The position numbers and the translations under genes were made by a program. 39,777 nucleotides of DNA from an uncultured Planctomycetaceae bacterium. Its GTDB lineage: Bacteria; Planctomycetota; Planctomycetia; Planctomycetales; Planctomycetaceae. Numbering within the stretch: position 1 is the first letter of the stretch; every line of letters begins with the position of its first letter. The stretch lies in NCBI GenBank assembly GCA_964633565.1, contig CAZWGW010000001.1:1-39777 (forward strand), given 5' to 3'. Below are positions 34,886-39,777 of the stretch, in pieces. The notes under the pieces were generated by a model. That model made no database searches. It was not told where the DNA came from and saw only the letters and a program-made list of their open reading frames with translations.

Positions 34886-35660
34886 AGTCGACGTCGCCCA
34901 CGAGGCGCCCGTCCGGCAGGCGATTCGTGCCGACGTCAATCACCACCGCGCCCGGCTTGACCATGTCGGCGGTGACGAAGCCGGGCCGGCCGATCGCTGC
35001 GATCAGGATGTCCGCCTCGCGCGTGACCGCCGCGATATTTCGCGTGCGGCTGTGACAGACGGTGACCGTGGCATTGGCGCCCGCCCCCTTCTGCATTAGC
35101 AGGAGCGCCAGCGGCTTGCCGACGATCTCGCTGCGGCCGAGGACGACCGCATGTGCGCCGTCGATCGTCGCCCCGCTTTCCAGGATCAGCCGCTGGCAGC
35201 CGGCCGGCGTGCAGGGCGCAAAGCGCGGCCGCCCCTGCACCATCAGGCCGACATTCTCGGGATGGAAACAGTCGACGTCCTTGAGCGGACGGACGGCGTC
35301 CAGGACCGACGTCGCGTCGATCTGTGGCGGCAGCGGGAGTTGTACGAGGATGCCGTGGACGTCGGCCTCGGTATTCAACCGCTGCACCAGATTGAGGAGT
35401 TCGGTCTGTGATGCTGCGGCCGGCAGCCGGTGCAGCGTGCTGCGGAGGCCTGCCTCCTCGCAGGCGCGCTGCTTGTTCCGCACGTAGATCGCGCTGGCCG
35501 GGTCGTCGCCGACCAGCACGGCCGCCAGGTGCGGCGTGACCCCGGTCGACTCACGGAAGGCCCGCGCCTCGTCGGAGATCTGCTGACGGATGCGCGCGGC
35601 GAGCGCTTTGCCGTCGATCAAGCGGGCCGTCAATGCGGGATTCCTCAGTGGTTGCGGCAA
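34758..35660 (-). CDS. folD: bifunctional 5,10-methylene-tetrahydrofolate dehydrogenase / methenyl-THF cyclohydrolase
   Basis: Motifs are LIDGKALAARIRQQI, PHLAVVLVGDDPASAIYVRNK, VHGILVQLPLP, VVLGRSEIVGKPLALLL and PVPGGVGPMTIAMLLQNT. The start is TTG 35660. An internal TTG at 35633 (MTARLIDGK) would give the more usual N-terminal length. Confidence 0.92.
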   Translation of the reverse strand: MPQPLRNPALTARLIDGKALAARIRQQISDEARAFRESTGVTPHLAAVLVGDDPASAIYVRNKQRACEEAGLRSTLHRLPAAASQTELLNLVQRLNTEADVHGILVQLPLPPQIDATSVLDAVRPLKDVDCFHPENVGLMVQGRPRFAPCTPAGCQRLILESGATIDGAHAVVLGRSEIVGKPLALLLMQKGAGANATVTVCHSRTRNIAAVTREADILIAAIGRPGFVTADMVKPGAVVIDVGTNRLPDGRLVGDVDFTAVREKAAALTPVPGGVGPMTIAMLLQNTLQAARLQGRPAI

Positions 35661-35696
35661 GACGCCCGATTTCTGCGCGAAATTCGGCTACGGGGT

Positions 35697-36788
35697 TCAC
35701 TCGGCGGCCGGTTCGGCCGACGGCGGCGGTGGCGGAAGTTGCTGCGCCGCGTAGTCGTGCGGCGGTGGATATCGGCCGCTCTGCAGCCGGGCGACCAGAT
35801 CCAGCACCACGTCGGCGGGAATGGCGTAGGATTCCGTGCGGCCGGCGCGGGCGATGTTGACGCCGACCGCCATCCCGTCCAGATTGACCACGCAGCCGCC
35901 GCAGTGCTCGGGCCCCAGCACGGTATCGTGCTGCAGCACCGCCGGGAAACCGGTCCGCCGCGGGCTGAGGCGTCCCCCCATCTGGTTCTGCACGGCAATC
36001 CGCGACAGGAACTCGCCAAATGGATGGGAGAGCGTCGCTGCGACGACCATTTCGGCCCCACCCCGCTCGATCGTCAACTGCACGGTCACGCCCGGCTCAT
36101 GCTGGCGGATGGTTTCAATCAGGGAGACGCGGTTGTCAACGTCGCGGTCCCCCACGCGCTTGATGACGTCGCCCGTGCGGAGGTCGGCCTTTGCGGCGGC
36201 GCTGTCGGCAATAATCTCGGCCACCATCGCCGGCCCTTCCGTCATTTCCAGCCGGACGCCGAGCACGCCGCTGATGTGCTGGAAGGGAATCGGCCGCCGC
36301 GCCGCGCTGACGATGCCAACCGCCACCGGGTCGGCTTCGAGGCCGGGTGTGGCCAGCCACTGCCCGACGTCGGCGTCGCGCCCGGTCAGCCAGCGGACGG
36401 CCGTCAGGTCTCGCGCACCGACCTTGAGCAGGGCCAGGTCCTGGTCGGGCTCCAGGGCACAATACTCGGCCTCGAGCGTGCGGCCGTCGCAGAACCGGCA
36501 GGTCAGGTCCCCCTGCAGTTGGCTGGCTTTGGTCAGGATCCAGCCGTCGGGAGCGACGACCGTTCCGAGTGCGACCGCTTTGTCATCGGTGAGTACCTGA
36601 ACAGTCCATTGGCGCGGTCCGGCGACGACATCTTCGAACGCGTGCCGGACGTCGACGCCCGTCGTCAATTGGCTTTCCGCCAGCGCCTCCGGCTGTGCGA
36701 AGGCCTGCGCCTGGCACCACAGCAGCGCGACGATCGCAGCCAGCGACGGGATGAACAGGCACAGTCGACGAGACGTGGCTCCCCGCAT
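35697..36788 (-). CDS. HtrA-related trypsin-fold protein with the PDZ domain inserted inside the protease fold and a non-canonical triad (Ser89 / Asp117 / Cys296)
   Basis: The signal peptide ends in AFAQ. GTVVAPDGWILTKASQL aligns to G.I..dGyIvTNaHVv with Ser in place of His (codon 36522-36524). DQDLALLKV retains the Asp. The PDZ block (GVLGVRLEMTEGPAMVAEIIADSAAAKADLRTGDVIKRVGDRDV...) lies before LQHDTVLGPEHCGGCVVNLDGMAVGVNIA. That last block aligns to iqtDaainpGNSGGPLvN..G.viGIN with Cys in place of Ser (codon 35901-35903). Confidence 0.75.
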   Translation of the reverse strand: MRGATSRRLCLFIPSLAAIVALLWCQAQAFAQPEALAESQLTTGVDVRHAFEDVVAGPRQWTVQVLTDDKAVALGTVVAPDGWILTKASQLQGDLTCRFCDGRTLEAEYCALEPDQDLALLKVGARDLTAVRWLTGRDADVGQWLATPGLEADPVAVGIVSAARRPIPFQHISGVLGVRLEMTEGPAMVAEIIADSAAAKADLRTGDVIKRVGDRDVDNRVSLIETIRQHEPGVTVQLTIERGGAEMVVAATLSHPFGEFLSRIAVQNQMGGRLSPRRTGFPAVLQHDTVLGPEHCGGCVVNLDGMAVGVNIARAGRTESYAIPADVVLDLVARLQSGRYPPPHDYAAQQLPPPPPSAEPAAE

Positions 36789-36839
36789 ATCGCAATCCCT
36801 CCTCTTACAGGCCGGCGCGCGAGCGCAGTTTTTGCGAAC

Positions 36840-37877
36840 TCAATCCCAACGGACACCCAGTCGCACCTTGACTTCCACTTCCACGTTGTCCCGCAACAGT
36901 TCCAGCGTGACCTGGCGGCCGGGGCGCTGCCGGCCGACGAGGTCGTAGAGTTGATCGATGTCCTTGACCGGCCGCGCGGCGAACGTCACGAGGATGTCGC
37001 CGACCGTCACGCCCGCCTTCGCCGCCGGATCGTCCGGATAGACGCTGGTGATCTCCAGCCCCAGGTTGTGCGGCTTGCCGGTCAGGCCCAGCAGCGCGCC
37101 GCTGTGGGTGCGAAACGACTCGGACGCGGCCATCCGGTCCCAACTGTCGGTGTAGGCGCTGATCGGCACATGAAAGTTCTTGTCGGTCTCTTCGCCGATG
37201 CGGCTGTTGATGCCGATGACCTTGCCGCTTACATCGAACAACGGCCCGCCGGAATCGCCGCCGACGAGTTCACAGTCCGTCTGTACGATGCGCCGGCTGG
37301 CGAAAATCACACGGCCAAGCCGGAAGACCGGTTTGCGGGCGTCCTGGAAGCCGCCGGGATGCCCGGTGGCAATGCACCAGTGGCCCGCCTTGAGCGTGGA
37401 CCAGTCGGCCATTTCGGCGTGCGGCCATTTCGTCGCCGCGTCGTCGATCCTGATCAGTCCGGCATCGAGCGTCTGGTCGCGGCCCAGTGTGGTGCCGGGG
37501 GTTTTCTTGCCGTTGGGGAGGATGATGTCGACCTTCCGGCCCGGCAGACCGCTGACGTGGGCGGCGGTGAGGACATACCCGTCCTCACTGACGATCACGC
37601 CGCTCCCCTGGGCGGGGCCGATCTGGATGCCGACGGTGCAGGCGGTGAACTGGTCGACGAGGCTGCGGAGGTGGGACTCCATCAGCCGCAGGTCGTCGAT
37701 GCCGGCGGGGGCGGGCTTGAAGAAGACCTCGGGGAGGGGGGGGAGCGGGGCTGCCTGCGGCGCGGCCGTGGCGACGTCACTAGTCTGGGCGGTTGCGGGC
37801 GGAGGGAGCAGCGGCAGGACGGCGGTGCACAGGACGCCGACGGTGATCCTTTGCAGGAGTTGCCTCAACCGGGCCAT
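36840..37877 (-). CDS. HtrA/DegP-type S1C serine protease with a C-terminal PDZ domain (canonical triad)
   Basis: The signal peptide ends in ATAQ. The triad motifs are GSGVIVSEDGYVLTAAHV (His), LDAGLIRI (Asp) and TDCELVGGDSGGPLFDVSGKVIGINS (Ser). The PDZ is GLEITSVYPDDPAAKAGVTVGDILVTFAARPV. Confidence 0.85.
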   Translation of the reverse strand: MARLRQLLQRITVGVLCTAVLPLLPPPATAQTSDVATAAPQAAPLPPLPEVFFKPAPAGIDDLRLMESHLRSLVDQFTACTVGIQIGPAQGSGVIVSEDGYVLTAAHVSGLPGRKVDIILPNGKKTPGTTLGRDQTLDAGLIRIDDAATKWPHAEMADWSTLKAGHWCIATGHPGGFQDARKPVFRLGRVIFASRRIVQTDCELVGGDSGGPLFDVSGKVIGINSRIGEETDKNFHVPISAYTDSWDRMAASESFRTHSGALLGLTGKPHNLGLEITSVYPDDPAAKAGVTVGDILVTFAARPVKDIDQLYDLVGRQRPGRQVTLELLRDNVEVEVKVRLGVRWD

Positions 37878-38238
37878 GTTGGCTCCTCGTTCGTGACGCC
37901 TCCTCCGTGCGCGGCGGGACGGCGCTCCCTGTCAATTATGCCTGAGCGAGGGGGAATCGCAAGGGAATTTGGCCGCAGCGTTCGGGGTGGGCAAGGACGC
38001 CAAGGCGCCAGGATTTCACACACGCAGGGGGCGCGGATCTTTCCGGATTGTTGCGCGAAAGTTGAAAAAGCGGTGGTTTGGTCGTTTGGTGCATTGGTGT
38101 GTCTGACGGCTGAACGCTGACGGCTGATGGCTCAACATCCCTGTCCATAATCGATTTCGGAGTGCGGTGACTTGTCGCCGCTTTGCGAATTTTGGGAATC
38201 CGGGACTCTCGCGCCCAATGCTCCCGCCGTGGCGCGGC

Positions 38239-38318
38239 GGGGTGAGGGGTTGAGTGGTGAGGGGCGGGGGAACGAAGGCGCGGGGGAACGGGGGCACGGG
38301 AGAATGGGGGCGCGCGGG
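38239..38318 (+). repeat. cluster of at least 9 G-runs (G3-G5) with an internal CGGGGGAACG direct repeat; G-quadruplex-capable tract upstream of glgA
   Basis: G-runs lie at 38239-42, 38246-49, 38261-64, 38266-70, 38282-86, 38290-94, 38298-300, 38306-10 and 38316-18. The 10-mer CGGGGGAACG occurs at 38265-74 and 38281-90. The tract is intergenic, 270-350 nt upstream of ATG 38589. Confidence 0.6.
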
Positions 38319-38588
38319 AGTCAGACTGTTGTGACGCAGAAAAAGCGACTTTGCCTGCGGCGCGCTTGCGCCGTTGCTCAATCGCGATGTCGATCCGTAT
38401 ATGCTCGGCCTGGGGAGTGTGACGCGTGCTCGCCCACCGGGACGCTGACCGCGAACCCGTCGACCGGCCACAGCGACGCTTGTTCCGCGGAGATGCATCC
38501 GCGGCTGTTGACAGTTGGCAGCGCTATCACGACACGGTACGTTGAACCGGTTTCCGAGAGACTGCATCCCTGCTCCGACGGTGAATTC

Positions 38589-39777
38589 ATGCGCATTGTG
38601 CTGGCAAGCTCCGAGGCCGTTCCCTTTTCCAAGACCGGCGGGCTGGCGGACGTCGCCACCGGCCTTTCCCGCGGGCTGGCGGCCGCGGGACACGAAGTGA
38701 CGCTGATCGTCCCCTATCACCGGCGGCAGTGTCCGGCGTCGGTGCATTGCACGCCGACCGGGACAACGCTGACCGTGCCGGTCGCCGACCGCCGCGTCAC
38801 GGCCCAGATCTATACCGCGCCGCTGGCCGGGTCCGGGGTCCGGGTGCTGCTGATCGACCAGCCGGCGTATTTCGACCGGGCCGCGCTCTACACCGAAGGG
38901 GGCGAAGACTACGCCGACAACTGCGAACGGTTCGCGTTCTTCAGCCGGGCCGTGCTCGAAGCGGCACACGCGCTGCAACTGCGGCCCGACGTGGTCCACG
39001 CCAACGACTGGCAGACCGGACTGGTCCCCGCCTTGGTCGACATCGAACGCCGAGGCCAGCCCGGTTTCGAGCGCACGGCGAGCGTGTTCACGATCCACAA
39101 CATGGCCTTTCAGGGTCAGTTCTGGAAATGGGACATGCGGCTCACCGGCCTCGACTGGAAATACTTCAACCATCGGCAAATGGAGTTCTGGGACCACCTC
39201 AACCTGCTCAAAACGGGTATTGTATTCTCTGACATGGTGACGACCGTGAGTCCGACGTACGCGCGGGAAATCTGTACGCCGGACTTCGGCTATGGGCTGC
39301 AGGGGGTACTGGCCGAGCGGGGGGACCGGCTGACGGGGATCCTCAACGGCGTCGACACGGCGGACTGGGACCCGCAGACCGACCGGCACCTGCCGCAGCA
39401 CTATTCGGCGTCGGACTGGGAAGCCGGCAAGGCCGCCTGCAAGCGTCAACTGCAGACGCAACTCGGGTTGGCGCCGCGGCCCGATGTGCCGCTGCTGGGG
39501 ATGATCACCCGCCTCACCGCGCAGAAAGGACTGGGGCTGATCGCCGCGCTGGCGGATGAACTGTTGTCGCTCGACGTGCAGATGGTCTTTCTGGGGACGG
39601 GCGAAAAGCGGTTCGAGCAACTGGTCATGGACCTGTGCCGGCGGTCGCCGCAGAAGGTGGCGGCGATGCTGGGGTTCAGCGAGCCGCTGGCGCACCAGAT
39701 CGAGGCAGGGAGCGACCTGTACCTGATGCCGAGCATGTTCGAGCCGTGCGGCCTCAACCAGATGTACAGCCTGCTGT
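38589..39777 (+). CDS. glgA: glycogen (starch) synthase, ADP-glucose type, 3'-truncated by the window edge
   Basis: It is absent from the ORF track because it has no stop in the window. It reads MRIVLASSEAVPFSKTGGLADVATGLSRGLAAAGHEVTLIVP. It also has HANDWQTGLVPAL, FTIHNMAFQG, TVSPTYAREI, GILNGVD...WDP, GMITRLTAQKG and LMPSMFEPCGLNQMY. Confidence 0.92.
   Translation, partial: MRIVLASSEAVPFSKTGGLADVATGLSRGLAAAGHEVTLIVPYHRRQCPASVHCTPTGTTLTVPVADRRVTAQIYTAPLAGSGVRVLLIDQPAYFDRAALYTEGGEDYADNCERFAFFSRAVLEAAHALQLRPDVVHANDWQTGLVPALVDIERRGQPGFERTASVFTIHNMAFQGQFWKWDMRLTGLDWKYFNHRQMEFWDHLNLLKTGIVFSDMVTTVSPTYAREICTPDFGYGLQGVLAERGDRLTGILNGVDTADWDPQTDRHLPQHYSASDWEAGKAACKRQLQTQLGLAPRPDVPLLGMITRLTAQKGLGLIAALADELLSLDVQMVFLGTGEKRFEQLVMDLCRRSPQKVAAMLGFSEPLAHQIEAGSDLYLMPSMFEPCGLNQMYSLL

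Noticed and set aside
35430-38120. 896-aa plus-strand ORF spanning folD, both protease genes and their spacers
   Set aside because: It runs antisense across three well-supported minus-strand genes and two intergenic gaps. Its composition is dominated by R/G/A/P/D, and it has no recognisable motif.
38103-38127. Direct repeat CTGACGGCTGA-acg-CTGACGGCTGA in the htrA-glgA spacer
   Set aside because: It is only two 11-nt copies with no further periodicity. That is too short to call a repeat element or binding array without comparative data.
38016-39695. 559-aa minus-strand ORF, the longest ORF reported at the right end of the window
   Set aside because: It lies antisense to an unmistakable glgA reading frame (KTGGLADV, HANDWQTG, FEPCGLNQ). 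Its translation is Arg/Pro/Gly-rich with no motifs. It is a GC-driven shadow ORF. The real gene is missing from the track only because it has no stop inside the window.
1-39777. Scan for CRISPR arrays, tRNA/rRNA genes, IS elements/transposases, integrases, and known defence-system hallmarks (helicases, ATPases, DNA methyltransferases)
   Set aside because: I found none by eye. There are no regularly spaced repeats. No cloverleaf-like conserved tRNA boxes turned up in the few intergenic spacers. No DDE or tyrosine-recombinase motifs are present. The only nuclease is the HNH gene reported above. A tRNAscan/Infernal/ISfinder run would be needed to be definitive.

Overview
This is a high-GC chromosomal segment; hand counts of typical coding lines give about 70-78% G+C. 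The gene content looks like a Planctomycetota genome: a PSCyt2/PSD1 (DUF1549/DUF1553) gene with a Tat-signal DUF1501 partner, a PEGA lipoprotein, a prenyltransferase-repeat/HEAT protein, and giant membrane ORFs. I can support about 30 protein-coding genes. I recognised no rRNA, tRNA, CRISPR array, transposase or integrase by eye.

Housekeeping genes recognised with confidence:
- a wecE-like sugar aminotransferase
- purL, fused to PurS-like repeats and interrupted by an in-frame TAG
- an inositol monophosphatase
- folD
- a 3'-truncated glgA, which is missing from the ORF track because it runs off the window
- a GlcD-like FAD oxidase
- a PfkB kinase
- a TlpA-like thioredoxin

Most long minus- or plus-strand ORFs lying opposite these genes are GC-driven shadow ORFs.

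Observations most worth follow-up:
1. A translationally coupled pair of giant genes (1140 + 2061 aa, 9.6 kb). They appear to encode three paralogous modules, each a signal/TM segment, a roughly 900-1000-aa non-cytoplasmic region and a 3-helix anchor. I recognise no domain in them.
2. A lower-GC two-gene cassette (89-aa acidic helical protein + HNH nuclease) inserted exactly between the PSD1 and DUF1501 genes. It is flanked by ATGGTA repeats.
3. An arn/gtr-like polyprenyl-phosphate aminosugar modification cluster: a GT-C transferase followed by an aminotransferase, a GT2, two methyltransferases, an ArnE/F-like flippase and WbqC.
4. An in-frame amber codon at a conserved position of purL, preceded by a purine-rich insertion that can form a hairpin.
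5. A tandem pair of HtrA-type proteases. In the second copy the PDZ domain is inserted inside the protease fold and the triad reads Ser/Asp/Cys instead of His/Asp/Ser.

All functional calls rest on motif recognition by eye. No database search was run.
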